Shown here: positions 9,970 through 19,364 of the stretch, piece by piece
Position numbering within the stretch: the first letter of the stretch is position 1
How the letters are laid out: each line of letters starts with the position of its first letter
Origin: Bdellovibrio sp.
GTDB lineage: Bacteria; Bdellovibrionota; Bdellovibrionia; Bdellovibrionales; Bdellovibrionaceae
Assembly (NCBI GenBank): GCA_036676395.1
Contig: JAKFCY010000002.1
Span: 704,001 to 768,000, forward strand
Length of the DNA stretch: 64,000 bases
Direction of reading: 5' to 3'
The notes under the pieces: model-generated
What the model saw: the letters and a program-made list of their open reading frames with translations, nothing else
What the model was told of the DNA's origin: nothing
Database searches by the model: none
Program-made: the position numbers and the translations under genes

Positions 9970-11187
9970 ATGTCAAAAATTAAAATTTTACTTGCCGAAG
10001 GAATCCACCCCGTTGCCCAAGAAAAACTGCAGGCGGAAGGATATATTGTTGACTTAATAAAGCATGCTCCGGCTGAAGACGAGTATTTAAAATTACTTTC
10101 TCAATATCAAGCCTTAGGCATTCGTTCAAAATCAGAATTAACGGCTAAAATTTTAAAAAACAACCCGCATTTACTAGCGATTGGTGCATTCTGTATCGGC
10201 ACAAATCAAATTGATTTGGCGACAGCCACTGAAGTGGGAATTCCAATTTTTAATGCTCCCCACAGTAACACACGTTCGGTGGCTGAATTAGTGATCGCCG
10301 AAATGATCTCACTTTCACGTCAGCTCTGTGATCGCAACACTATGGCTCATCGTGGTGAATGGGTTAAATCTGCTGATGGTTCACGCGAAGTCCGCGGTAA
10401 AACTTTAGGAATCGTCGGTTACGGCCATATCGGCAGCCAGCTAAGTGTTTTAGCTGAAGCCATGGGTATGAGAGTCGTATTTTACGACGTTGTTAAAAAA
10501 TTACCTTTAGGCAATGCCCAGCCAAAAACCAAATTAGATGATTTATTGGCGTCAGCTGATTTCATCAGTTTGCACGTGCCAGAGACTCCTGAAACAAAAA
10601 ATATGATTTCAAAAGATCAGCTTTTTAAAATGAAAAAAGGCAGTTTTTTAATCAATGCTTCACGCGGCACGGTCGTCAATATCGAAGATCTAGTTTTAGC
10701 CTTAAAAGAAAACCATATTGCCGGTTGTGCAATCGATGTATTTCCGATTGAACCGGCATCAAATAAAGAATCTTTTAAATCCAACTTACAAAATTTAAAA
10801 AATGTGATTCTGACTCCGCATATCGGTGGTAGCACTGAAGAGGCGCAATATTCGATTGGTCTTGAAGTGGCTGAAAGTTTTCGTAAGTTTTTACAGACGG
10901 GAACAACTGCGGGAGCTGTGAATTTTCCGAATGTTGAATTAGTACCTAAAACCAATGTCACGCGACTTATGAATGTTCATAAAAATGAGCCCGGTGTGCT
11001 TGGTGAAATCAACGGCTATATCTCTGAAGCCGGCGCCAATATCCAGGCTCAGTACCTATCAACTGATTCTAAAATTGGTTATCTGGTGGTTGATCTTGAA
11101 ATGGATAAAGCCAAACTTTCAGCGGCGCAATTGATTGATAAAATTCAAAAATCTTCGCGCAATATTAAAACTCACCAGGTGTTTTAA
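9970..11187 (+). CDS. serA: D-3-phosphoglycerate dehydrogenase
   Basis: FCIGTNQ, GIVGYGHIG and TPHIGGSTEEAQ motifs; C-terminal ACT domain. Confidence 0.95.
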   Translation: MSKIKILLAEGIHPVAQEKLQAEGYIVDLIKHAPAEDEYLKLLSQYQALGIRSKSELTAKILKNNPHLLAIGAFCIGTNQIDLATATEVGIPIFNAPHSNTRSVAELVIAEMISLSRQLCDRNTMAHRGEWVKSADGSREVRGKTLGIVGYGHIGSQLSVLAEAMGMRVVFYDVVKKLPLGNAQPKTKLDDLLASADFISLHVPETPETKNMISKDQLFKMKKGSFLINASRGTVVNIEDLVLALKENHIAGCAIDVFPIEPASNKESFKSNLQNLKNVILTPHIGGSTEEAQYSIGLEVAESFRKFLQTGTTAGAVNFPNVELVPKTNVTRLMNVHKNEPGVLGEINGYISEAGANIQAQYLSTDSKIGYLVVDLEMDKAKLSAAQLIDKIQKSSRNIKTHQVF

Positions 11188-11199
11188 AGCCGTCCGCAA

Positions 11200-11217
11200 C
11201 GGCCCTAATCTTGTATC
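11200..11217 (+). promoter_or_regulatory. sigma54-like promoter (GG-N10-GT variant)
   Basis: CGGCCCTAATCTTGTATC upstream of an exported HAD protein. Confidence 0.4.
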
Positions 11218-11226
11218 CAGAAAACC

Positions 11227-11997
11227 GTGATTTTAAGAATGACGGCAAATCTATTTAAAGGGCTATTCGGTCTGTGGCTTCTGCTATACCCATGTCTATC
11301 TTTTGGACAAGAGCGCCTAAATGTGGTTTTTGACCTAGATTGGACGCTTTTAAATTCAACCACTGAGGCCATGGTGCAGGCTGAACCTTCAGGAACTTTT
11401 AGCTTCGAGGGTAAATGGTACCGTATTGCCCATGGCACTGCTGAGTCGATTAAAAAACTGCATGAGCAAGGAATTGATGTGTCGCTTTTTAGTGGCGGCA
11501 GCAGTGAACGCAATGACTTTGCAGCAAAAATTATTCAACAACAAGTGAATGAGTTAATAGGAAGTAGCGAGTTTCAGTTTAAACAGGTCTTAGATTTACA
11601 TGATTTATTAGTTGTAAGCACTGACCCCAATGCGCGCTTTGCCGAAAAATATAAAAAAGAATTATCGCGATTTTTTGATATCGAGCGCACCTTGATTGTC
11701 GATGATATGACGGCATTCAGCGTGAAAGGTCAGGAAAAAAACTTAGTCTGGTTAGGAAAAACCTATAACGACCGGCCCCGTTTTGAATTACAAAGTAGTG
11801 AAAGTGCTGAGAGTAAGGCTTATTCGGCTCCAAATTTTTTAGAATGGTTGCGCGATTATAATAAAATTATTATAGCTGTAGCTGACATTTTAAAAGCTAA
11901 AACGATCATGCAAAAAAGCAACATCAGCTTACCGGAAGCCTTCTATAAGGTTGATCCTTTTAAAAATAAATTTCCGATGTGCGGAAATTTATTCTGA
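11227..11997 (+). CDS. Secreted HAD-superfamily phosphatase-like protein
   Basis: Signal-like N-terminus; FDLDWTL (DxDxT) motif I and IVDDM motif IV; start may be the ATG at 11239. Confidence 0.65.
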   Translation: MILRMTANLFKGLFGLWLLLYPCLSFGQERLNVVFDLDWTLLNSTTEAMVQAEPSGTFSFEGKWYRIAHGTAESIKKLHEQGIDVSLFSGGSSERNDFAAKIIQQQVNELIGSSEFQFKQVLDLHDLLVVSTDPNARFAEKYKKELSRFFDIERTLIVDDMTAFSVKGQEKNLVWLGKTYNDRPRFELQSSESAESKAYSAPNFLEWLRDYNKIIIAVADILKAKTIMQKSNISLPEAFYKVDPFKNKFPMCGNLF

Positions 11998-12402
11998 CCC
12001 GTAAAGACTAAAGTTTCCTACTTTGTGTGGAGACGGGTCTTTAAGAGCCACTTTTACCGATGTTACGCATTTTTGACAGACCACCTGATGGTCTGGATAC
12101 AGAATGCCTCTTTTAAATTTAATTTTCTCTTTGCAGTGTGGACAGGCCACATGACCGTGATGAATTTCAAATTTAGCCTTTTCTGCTTTAAGGGCCTGAT
12201 AAATACCGATCACAAAAAATAACGGCGTAAAGAAAACATCATAAACGGGTATAAAAAATGTGACAAAAGCCAAGCCCCAGAAAATAAGTAATTTTATAAG
12301 GATGTTTTTAACTATTTCGACTTTTAAGAAGCGGCGGACATACAAAGTGCCAGTTTGTTGTTCGTCACTGGGCGTATAAGCCCTAATGAGAATTTGTTCC
12401 AT
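11989..12402 (-). CDS. Two-TM membrane protein with C-terminal zinc ribbon (paralogue 2)
   Basis: CPHC...CQKC; clearly similar to 12548-12910. Confidence 0.7.
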   Translation of the reverse strand: MEQILIRAYTPSDEQQTGTLYVRRFLKVEIVKNILIKLLIFWGLAFVTFFIPVYDVFFTPLFFVIGIYQALKAEKAKFEIHHGHVACPHCKEKIKFKRGILYPDHQVVCQKCVTSVKVALKDPSPHKVGNFSLYGSE

Positions 12403-12547
12403 ACTTGCCTCACCTTATTTATACTGTAGCAGATTTTAAAAAATAGTCAGTGTTTGATGCTTTTCATAATGAAGAATACAGCGATTAATCAGTACCGTGC
12501 TATGCAGAAATGCGGTGCTTCGTTGACATACAAAATTTAGATTAAGT

Positions 12548-12910
12548 TTAGACTAACACTGTAACTTGCGTTACGCAGCTCTGACAAATTTCTTTGTGGC
12601 CTTCGATAAAAACAGATTTTTTAATCGCGATGATTTTTTGACAGCGCGGGCAGGGAACTTGGCCATCTTGAATTTCGAACTGAGCTTTTTTAGCTTTTAA
12701 GGCCTGAAAAATGCCAAGAATAAAAAATAAGGGCACTGTAATAAAATGAAAGACCGGAATCAAAACTGTAAATAAAGCAATACCCCAGAATAGGCCTAAT
12801 TTTTTTAAAACATTTATCATGATATCTTGTTTTGAAAAACGACGAATCTGCAATGTGCCGGTTTGTTCTGGATCACTCGGGGTATAAGCTTTAATTGCAA
12901 TCTGTTCCAT
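12548..12910 (-). CDS. Two-TM membrane protein with C-terminal zinc ribbon (paralogue 1)
   Basis: CPRC...CQSC; N-terminus MEQIAIKAYTPSD nearly identical to that of the neighbour. Confidence 0.7.
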   Translation of the reverse strand: MEQIAIKAYTPSDPEQTGTLQIRRFSKQDIMINVLKKLGLFWGIALFTVLIPVFHFITVPLFFILGIFQALKAKKAQFEIQDGQVPCPRCQKIIAIKKSVFIEGHKEICQSCVTQVTVLV

Positions 12911-12913
12911 GGG

Positions 12914-14296
12914 TTAGTCGATAACTTTACCTGGGTTAATAATATTATCTGGATCAAAAACTTTTTTAATGCCTTTCATGATTTCAATCTCGGCATTAGA
13001 TCGTGTGTAATTTAAAAATGATTTTTTTGATAAACCCACACCGTGTTCAGCAGAAATGCTGCCGTGCTGGCTTTTGACAGCTTGAAACACTAATTCATCA
13101 ACCTTACGGCATTCTTTGACAAAAACTTCTTTGGTCATGCCTTCAGGTCGCAAAATATTAATATGTAAATTGCCATCACCGATATGGCCAAACCAAATCA
13201 CTTCCCAAGTAGGGTAAGCTTTCGTTAAAACCTGATCTAACTCTTGCATAAAAGCCGGAACTTTTGAAATCGCAACGGCAATATCATTTTTATACGGAGA
13301 ATATTTTGAAAGTGATTCACTGATATCTTCACGGTAACGCCAAAAAGTTTGCGCCTGCGCTTCAGACTGCGAAATAACACCATCAATGATCATGCCTTGT
13401 TCTAAACACGATTCAAAAACACTCATTACTTTTTCTTCGGCTTCTGCCGTTGGGCATTCAACCTCGCAAACCACATAAAAATCAGTCACTGTTTCAAACG
13501 GACGGTGCAGATCATCAGTTGAAGCTAAAACTTTTTGTAATGCCTTTTCAGAAAACATTTCATAGGCCTGCATGTGACAGTGTTTTTTAAATTCAGCATA
13601 GACTTTCATGACCGAAGCCATTTGATCCAGAGCTAAAACCAAGACTTTTAATTCTGGAGGTTTGGGCGCAAGTTTAATTAAAGCTTCAGTGATAAAACCT
13701 AAGATGCCTTCGCTGCCGATAAATAAATGTCTAAGATCAAGACCCGTGGCATTTTTAACAAGGCCATTGTTTAATTCTAAAATTTCGCCAGTGCCAGTAA
13801 CTACTTTTAACCCAACAACCCAGTCACGTGTTAAACCGTAACGTACAACTTTAATGCCGCCGGCATTGGTTGCGATATTGCCGCCCATTTGCGAAGACCC
13901 GCTGGCGGCGAAATCTACAGGGTAGAATAAGCCTTTATCTACTGCATAGTTTTGTAATTCTTCGGTGATCATGCCTGGCTGAATACGAACAGTTGAATCA
14001 GTTTCGTTAAATTCTAAAACTTTATTCATACGTTCAAAACTAACAACAGCTTCGCCGTGAGTTGCACAAGCTGCGCCACTTAAGCCAGTACGGCCACCAG
14101 AAGGCACTAAGGCAATTTTATGTTTACGAGCCCAGTGAACAATTTCAACAACATCAGTTGTCGACTCAGGAAACAAAATAGCTGACGCTTTGATGTCGTA
14201 ATACGTCGTCCAATCTTTACCGTAGTAAGATAGCGAGTCAGCATCGGTTTTGATTTGTTGGGGAGCTAAAGGTAATTCTTTAAGGTATGAATCCAT
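12914..14296 (-). CDS. FAD-linked oxidoreductase, probable D-2-hydroxyglutarate dehydrogenase (GlcD family)
   Basis: YGKDWT, PSGGRTGLS, GGNIATNAGG, HIGDGNLH and SAEHGVG motifs; resembles Pseudomonas D2HGDH. Confidence 0.85.
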   Translation of the reverse strand: MDSYLKELPLAPQQIKTDADSLSYYGKDWTTYYDIKASAILFPESTTDVVEIVHWARKHKIALVPSGGRTGLSGAACATHGEAVVSFERMNKVLEFNETDSTVRIQPGMITEELQNYAVDKGLFYPVDFAASGSSQMGGNIATNAGGIKVVRYGLTRDWVVGLKVVTGTGEILELNNGLVKNATGLDLRHLFIGSEGILGFITEALIKLAPKPPELKVLVLALDQMASVMKVYAEFKKHCHMQAYEMFSEKALQKVLASTDDLHRPFETVTDFYVVCEVECPTAEAEEKVMSVFESCLEQGMIIDGVISQSEAQAQTFWRYREDISESLSKYSPYKNDIAVAISKVPAFMQELDQVLTKAYPTWEVIWFGHIGDGNLHINILRPEGMTKEVFVKECRKVDELVFQAVKSQHGSISAEHGVGLSKKSFLNYTRSNAEIEIMKGIKKVFDPDNIINPGKVID

Positions 14297-14304
14297 ACCT
14301 TAAA

Positions 14305-14487
14305 CTATCGCAAAGTTCTGATGCGAAAGAAAGAATATATTGGGCATAGACCCCATCCGGCAGTGGCAAGACCGTACAGTCCAAGGGCGTAAAACCACAA
14401 AGGGCCGCCAGCCACAGCGTACGACAAGGCTAGAACAGAAAGTAAAAAACGAAAGGCCCTGTCCCACAGGGCCACATTACACAACAT
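14305..14487 (-). CDS. DUF2892 (YgaP-like) small membrane protein
   Basis: NV..WDR.FR...GLCPIYSFF pattern. Confidence 0.8.
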   Translation of the reverse strand: MLCNVALWDRAFRFLLSVLALSYAVAGGPLWFYALGLYGLATAGWGLCPIYSFFRIRTLR

Positions 14488-14490
14488 CGA

Positions 14491-14799
14491 TTAATTTTTA
14501 ATCAAGTCTTGTAGTTCGCCAGCTTGATACATTTCCATCATGATATCAGAACCACCAACTAACTTTTTATTAATGTAAAGTTGTGGGATTGTCGGCCAGT
14601 TGCCGTAGTCTTTGATGCCTTGGCGAATTTCTTCGTCTTCAAGAACATTTACATCTTTAAATTGAACGCCGATATCTTGTAAAATTGCAGTTGCACGAGC
14701 AGAAAAACCGCATTGTGGAAACTGTTGCGTGCCTTTCATGAATAAAACGATTTTGTTGTCGTTTAATAAACTATCGATTTTTGTTTTAGTGTCAGACAT
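14491..14799 (-). CDS. grxD: Monothiol glutaredoxin (Grx4 family)
   Basis: LFMKG..PQCGFS and WPTIPQLY motifs. Confidence 0.95.
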   Translation of the reverse strand: MSDTKTKIDSLLNDNKIVLFMKGTQQFPQCGFSARATAILQDIGVQFKDVNVLEDEEIRQGIKDYGNWPTIPQLYINKKLVGGSDIMMEMYQAGELQDLIKN

Positions 14800-14811
14800 G
14801 TGTCCCCCTGA

Positions 14812-15051
14812 TTATTTAGTTGCTGTTTTAATTGATAGAGCATGCACTTCGCCAGTTTTTAATTCTGGTGCGAAAGCTTTCATTACATGCTGGTGTTGTT
14901 CGATACGTGATAAGCCTTTAAAAGCCTGGCTTTTTACGGCGACTTCCCAGTGATCTGAAGTTCCTGTGAGGTCAAAAACCTGAATTTCAGAATTCGGGTC
15001 ACAGTCGGGATAGTGTTCTTGCAATCTTTGTTTCATCTGATCTAATGTCAT
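14812..15051 (-). CDS. bolA: BolA-family protein
   Basis: DH..V.V.S.AFKG.SRI.QH...EVHALSI; adjacent to grxD; start chosen at ATG 15051. Confidence 0.92.
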   Translation of the reverse strand: MTLDQMKQRLQEHYPDCDPNSEIQVFDLTGTSDHWEVAVKSQAFKGLSRIEQHQHVMKAFAPELKTGEVHALSIKTATK

Positions 15052-15055
15052 AGAT

Positions 15056-16852
15056 ATGAGTGATAACAAAAATCCGCAGTCGAATCAAGGTGCGAAGCCT
15101 CTGTCTTTAGCTAAACAAGTGCTGAAGTTCACTATATCGCTTTTAGCTCTGTATTTAGGAATCAGAATTCTGTTTTTAGGATGGAATTTTGTACAATTTC
15201 GTCAGTTTACGGCTAGCGAACTAGCACTTAGTTTTCTGCATGGCCTACGTTTCGACTTGGTTATTGTTGTACCGATTGTGTTTGTGACTGTACTTGCCTT
15301 ACTTATTCCGAACAGACTTTTACGTTTTTTAGCTTTAAATGCGATCACTCTTGGGCATGCGGTTTTGATTTTTGGAAATTTTATCGATGTTGAATTAGTG
15401 AATTTTATGGGCCGCAGGTTTGCCAGATCAAGTTTGTATTTAGCAACTGAGGGGCAAAATACAAACATGCTTCAGTACGGCTATTTAGCTGCGCTGACAT
15501 TCATTGGATTAAGTGTGTTTCTTATTCTTTGTTATAAAAGCTATTTTAAACTTAGACCTGAAATCGCGCCTCTTTCGCTTAAAGTTAAAAGCATTTTTGT
15601 TATTGCGATGATTCCGTTAGTGATTGTTTTTGGCCGTGGTGGTCTGCAGCTTAAGCCAATTAGTTATGTGGATGCTAAAATTTTACCGCATACTTACGCC
15701 CATCATTTGGTGTTAAACACAAGTTTTACCTTTTTAAAAAGTTTTGGAAAATCCGCTTTTCAAAGACAAAAATATTTTACCGAATCTGAGTTATTAAAGT
15801 ATTTAAATCCTGCGCAAACGACGAAAAGATACGAGGCACAAAAAGCCAACGGGTATAACTTAGTCATTTTTATTATCGAGAGTTTATCGAAAGAATACCT
15901 TTCACCCAAACGCACGCCGTACTTAACTGAGCTGATCAAAAAAGGGGTTTATTTCGATAAATCTTATGCCAATGGCCGCAGATCAGTTGAAGGCATTGCT
16001 TCTATCTTGGCGGGAATTCCCGCATTGATGGAAGAGCCTTTTTTGAATTCAGAATTTGCGACGAATGAATTTATGGGGCTGGGGCAGTTGTTAAAAAAAC
16101 AAAAATATAACACAAGCTTTTTTCACGGCGCTAAAAACGGAACCATGCGCTTTGATGTTTTCACCAAAGCCAGTGGATTTGATCGTTACTTCGGAAAAAA
16201 CGAATACCCTGATTCTAGCCAAGACGATGGTTTTTGGGGTATTTACGACGAGCCCTTTTTGCAGTTTACCTGCGACAAAATGACCGAGATTAAACAGCCG
16301 TTTGCTTCGGTAGTCTTTACTTTATCTTCACATCAGCCTTTTAAAGTTCCAGAGGCTTTCGATAAAGCTTACCAAGGTGATGCGAATGAAATTCCGGTGT
16401 TAAAGTCGATCAGCTATGTTGATCATTCGATCAGAAGCTATATGGAGTGCGCAAAAAAACAAGCTTGGTTTGATAAAACTATTTTTGTATTTATGGCCGA
16501 TCACACGGGCCCATCTATAGATCCGGCGACAGCAGATTTTGAACAGCTGTTTGAAATCCCGATTTTGTTTTATGCGAAAAATACTGAGATTTTACAAGGC
16601 TTAAACCCTAACCAGTATGCTCAGCAAATCGATTTGTTTCCGACGTTAAACGAGCTTTTTAACTTGGGTTATATTGCCACCAATCATTTGGCCAGATCGC
16701 TGTACAGCCAAGGCCCTAAGACGATTGCGCTCTATACAGATCAGCATTATCAGCTGGTGGGTGACACTGAAAAAACCGAGAATCATTTAAAGGCCATTAA
16801 ACAGTATTTCAGTCAGGGTCTATACGATAATCGCTTGTATTTTCCGCGATAA
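15056..16852 (+). CDS. LTA-synthase/sulfatase-family membrane enzyme
   Basis: Five N-terminal TM helices with GLRFD; IIESLS, TLSSHQPF and MADH metal-site motifs. Confidence 0.88.
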   Translation: MSDNKNPQSNQGAKPLSLAKQVLKFTISLLALYLGIRILFLGWNFVQFRQFTASELALSFLHGLRFDLVIVVPIVFVTVLALLIPNRLLRFLALNAITLGHAVLIFGNFIDVELVNFMGRRFARSSLYLATEGQNTNMLQYGYLAALTFIGLSVFLILCYKSYFKLRPEIAPLSLKVKSIFVIAMIPLVIVFGRGGLQLKPISYVDAKILPHTYAHHLVLNTSFTFLKSFGKSAFQRQKYFTESELLKYLNPAQTTKRYEAQKANGYNLVIFIIESLSKEYLSPKRTPYLTELIKKGVYFDKSYANGRRSVEGIASILAGIPALMEEPFLNSEFATNEFMGLGQLLKKQKYNTSFFHGAKNGTMRFDVFTKASGFDRYFGKNEYPDSSQDDGFWGIYDEPFLQFTCDKMTEIKQPFASVVFTLSSHQPFKVPEAFDKAYQGDANEIPVLKSISYVDHSIRSYMECAKKQAWFDKTIFVFMADHTGPSIDPATADFEQLFEIPILFYAKNTEILQGLNPNQYAQQIDLFPTLNELFNLGYIATNHLARSLYSQGPKTIALYTDQHYQLVGDTEKTENHLKAIKQYFSQGLYDNRLYFPR

Positions 16853-16869
16853 AACATTAAAAAAATCCT

Positions 16870-17184
16870 ATGTCAGATTACGGCGATTATTTTACTCCAG
16901 CCTCGGAGTCGCATCAAAAAATCGAAAAAGCCAAAGCCCGCGAAATGCGTAAGTCCGTATGGTGGAAACAAGTGCTTGGCAAAGGTAAATGTTATCATTG
17001 CGAAAAGCAGTTTAAAGCTGAACTTCTGACGATGGATCATTTAATTCCAATTGCCCGCGGCGGTAAGACTGATAAGAAAAATTGCGTGCCCAGCTGCAAA
17101 GACTGCAACACAAAAAAAGGCTATAAAACCAGAGCTGAAATCGCGATGGAAGAACTAGCTAAAAAAAATTCGGCTGAAGAGTAG
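16870..17184 (+). CDS. Small HNH endonuclease
   Basis: CYHC...TMDHLIPIARGG...NCVPSCKDCN. Confidence 0.9.
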   Translation: MSDYGDYFTPASESHQKIEKAKAREMRKSVWWKQVLGKGKCYHCEKQFKAELLTMDHLIPIARGGKTDKKNCVPSCKDCNTKKGYKTRAEIAMEELAKKNSAEE

Positions 17185-17186
17185 CG

Positions 17187-17633
17187 CTATCTGAACGCGC
17201 GATGCAGTTTAGTTTTTGTCGTGCAAGATCTTGTTCCGTCCGGATGATCTACACATACTTTTTCTTCTTGGTAATCTGCTGATTGGCTATTGTATTGGCC
17301 ATTTGATAAATCATTTAAATCACCACTCACGCCGCGAGCAGAACCCGCTTTTCCCGGTGGATTTGATACATGAAAAATAACCACTAAAACCAACGAAAAA
17401 ACAAAGATCGCAGCGACTGGTAAAACATGGGTTTTAAAATTAAATTCTTTTGGTTTTAATAAATCGGAATATTGCGCATCAAGTGCCAACACTTCGCGTG
17501 AATTTTCTAGATTTGCAGGAGGTAAATTCTGTTTATGCGCTGGCACATTATAGCTTGGACGCGTCGGAAATTGTTCGCCTTTTTGGAACTGTGTGGCCAA
17601 CTGATTTTTTGTTTTAGAATCTACTTTAGACAT
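17187..17633 (-). CDS. Hypothetical single-TM protein
   Basis: One hydrophobic helix and a C-terminal Cys pair; preceded by a sigma28-like promoter. Confidence 0.6.
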   Translation of the reverse strand: MSKVDSKTKNQLATQFQKGEQFPTRPSYNVPAHKQNLPPANLENSREVLALDAQYSDLLKPKEFNFKTHVLPVAAIFVFSLVLVVIFHVSNPPGKAGSARGVSGDLNDLSNGQYNSQSADYQEEKVCVDHPDGTRSCTTKTKLHRAFR

Positions 17634-17639
17634 GGTTAT

Positions 17640-17667
17640 TTATCGGTAGAGCAGCGCTTGGTCTTGA
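17640..17667 (-). promoter_or_regulatory. sigma28 (FliA)-like promoter
   Basis: Minus strand TCAAG-N15-ACCGATAA, ending 6 nt before the ATG. Confidence 0.65.
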
Positions 17668-17750
17668 ATGACTCATTTTGATGCATAATACGCGTAAAAT
17701 ATGCATAAAAGATTCATTGAGGATAGAGCTAGTTATGGTTAGATTACGGA

Positions 17751-19181
17751 ATGCAAAATACACATCCAATTATTATTCAAGGTGGAATGGGAATCGCAGT
17801 CTCTGACTGGAGATTAGCAAAAACCGTAGCAGAAACAGGTCAGCTAGGTATCGTTTCTGGAACCGCAATTAATTCAGTATTAGTCAGACGTCTTCAAGAT
17901 GGTGATTCACAAGGTGATACTCGTCGCGCATTAAAAGCTTTTCCTTCACAAGAGATCGCACAGAAAATTTTAGACAATTATTTTATCGAAGGTGGCCGTC
18001 CCAAAGATCAACCGTACAAACGCGCGCCGATGTTCAATATCAAATCTTCACAACTATTATTACAAACTACTGTTGCCGCTGCTTTCGTTGAAGTGTGGTT
18101 AGCGCGTGAAGGTCACACCGGAAAAGTGGGAATTAATTTATTAGAAAAAGTTCACTTACCAAATTTACCATGTCTTTACGGCGCTATGCTTGCCGGAGTT
18201 GATTACGTGATTATGGGTGCAGGCATTCCGCGTGAAATTCCAGGTTGCTTAGATTTATTAAGTGAAAATAAAACCGCAGCGATCAAAGTTCCTGTGGTTG
18301 GTCAGGATGAAGACTCGCTTACATATTTTAATCCTGTAGAAGTTATGGAAAACACGGCGTTAGTTCCTTTAAAACGTCCGTTCTTTTTTCCGATTGTTTC
18401 GTCTGCTGTTTTAGCTAAGAACTTAAAATTAAAATCTACAGGCCGTGTTGATGGTTTTATTGTAGAGGGCCCTTTAGCTGGTGGCCATAATGCGCCTCCG
18501 CGTGGACCAATGAAATTAAATGCATTAGGCGAACCAATCTATGGTGAGCGTGATGCTGTCGACCTTGCGGATATGAAAGCCTTAGAGCTTCCATTCTGGA
18601 TGGCCGGTTATTATGCCACTCCTGAAAAATTAAAAGATGTTCAATCACAAGGTGCCCACGGTATTCAAGTCGGTACTTTATTCGCATTTTCTGATGAATC
18701 AGGTGTAGCTCTTGAACACCGTCAGTTTGCGATTGATCAAATTAAAAATAAACCTGCTCCTGAAGGAGGATGGATTTTCACTGATCCAAGATCATCTCCG
18801 ACAAACTTTCCGTTTAAAGCGGCTCGTTTTCCTGGAACAATCTCTGAAGAAAAATTATATTTAGCCCGAACACGCATCTGTGATTTAGGTTATTTACGTC
18901 ATGCTTACAAAAAAGAAGACGGAACCGTTGGTCAGCGTTGCCCTGCAGAGCCGGTCAAAGACTATCTTAAAAAAGGTGGCCTTGAAGAAGACACTGTCGG
19001 AAGAAAGTGTTTATGTAATGCTTTGATGGCTGATGTGGGCATGGGGCAAATCCAAGCTAACGGTGAACCGGAATTGCCATTATTAACTGCCGGCGATGAT
19101 TTAAATAATATCGTTCGCATGATTAAACCGGGTAAAAACTCGTATTCGGCAAAAGACGTGATCGCTTATCTTCTAGCTTAA
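17751..19181 (+). CDS. Nitronate monooxygenase / 2-nitropropane dioxygenase-family flavoprotein
   Basis: IIQGGMG, EGPLAGGHN and GIQVGTLF motifs. Confidence 0.85.
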   Translation: MQNTHPIIIQGGMGIAVSDWRLAKTVAETGQLGIVSGTAINSVLVRRLQDGDSQGDTRRALKAFPSQEIAQKILDNYFIEGGRPKDQPYKRAPMFNIKSSQLLLQTTVAAAFVEVWLAREGHTGKVGINLLEKVHLPNLPCLYGAMLAGVDYVIMGAGIPREIPGCLDLLSENKTAAIKVPVVGQDEDSLTYFNPVEVMENTALVPLKRPFFFPIVSSAVLAKNLKLKSTGRVDGFIVEGPLAGGHNAPPRGPMKLNALGEPIYGERDAVDLADMKALELPFWMAGYYATPEKLKDVQSQGAHGIQVGTLFAFSDESGVALEHRQFAIDQIKNKPAPEGGWIFTDPRSSPTNFPFKAARFPGTISEEKLYLARTRICDLGYLRHAYKKEDGTVGQRCPAEPVKDYLKKGGLEEDTVGRKCLCNALMADVGMGQIQANGEPELPLLTAGDDLNNIVRMIKPGKNSYSAKDVIAYLLA

Positions 19182-19364
19182 GTTATAATCTGGCAGGTCT
19201 GAAAATTACGGCATTGTGTTTAAAAATTAGGGTAAACATCAGATTTACGCTACGCACAAGGCACTTATTTAGCCCAAAGGCTTGCTTTTTTTACCCAAAA
19301 ACCCCTTCAATAATGAATGATACCTTAAAATTCAGTATCGATTTATGTATTGAAAGGCCTTGTT

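Noticed and set aside
16870..17184. HNH nuclease as a defence or mobile-element marker
   Set aside because: Stand-alone small HNH with no methylase, ATPase, integrase or repeats nearby
17676..17710. Imperfect inverted repeat with two ATGCAT cores upstream of the nitronate monooxygenase gene
   Set aside because: AT-rich and imperfect, with no adjacent regulator; cannot be distinguished from chance
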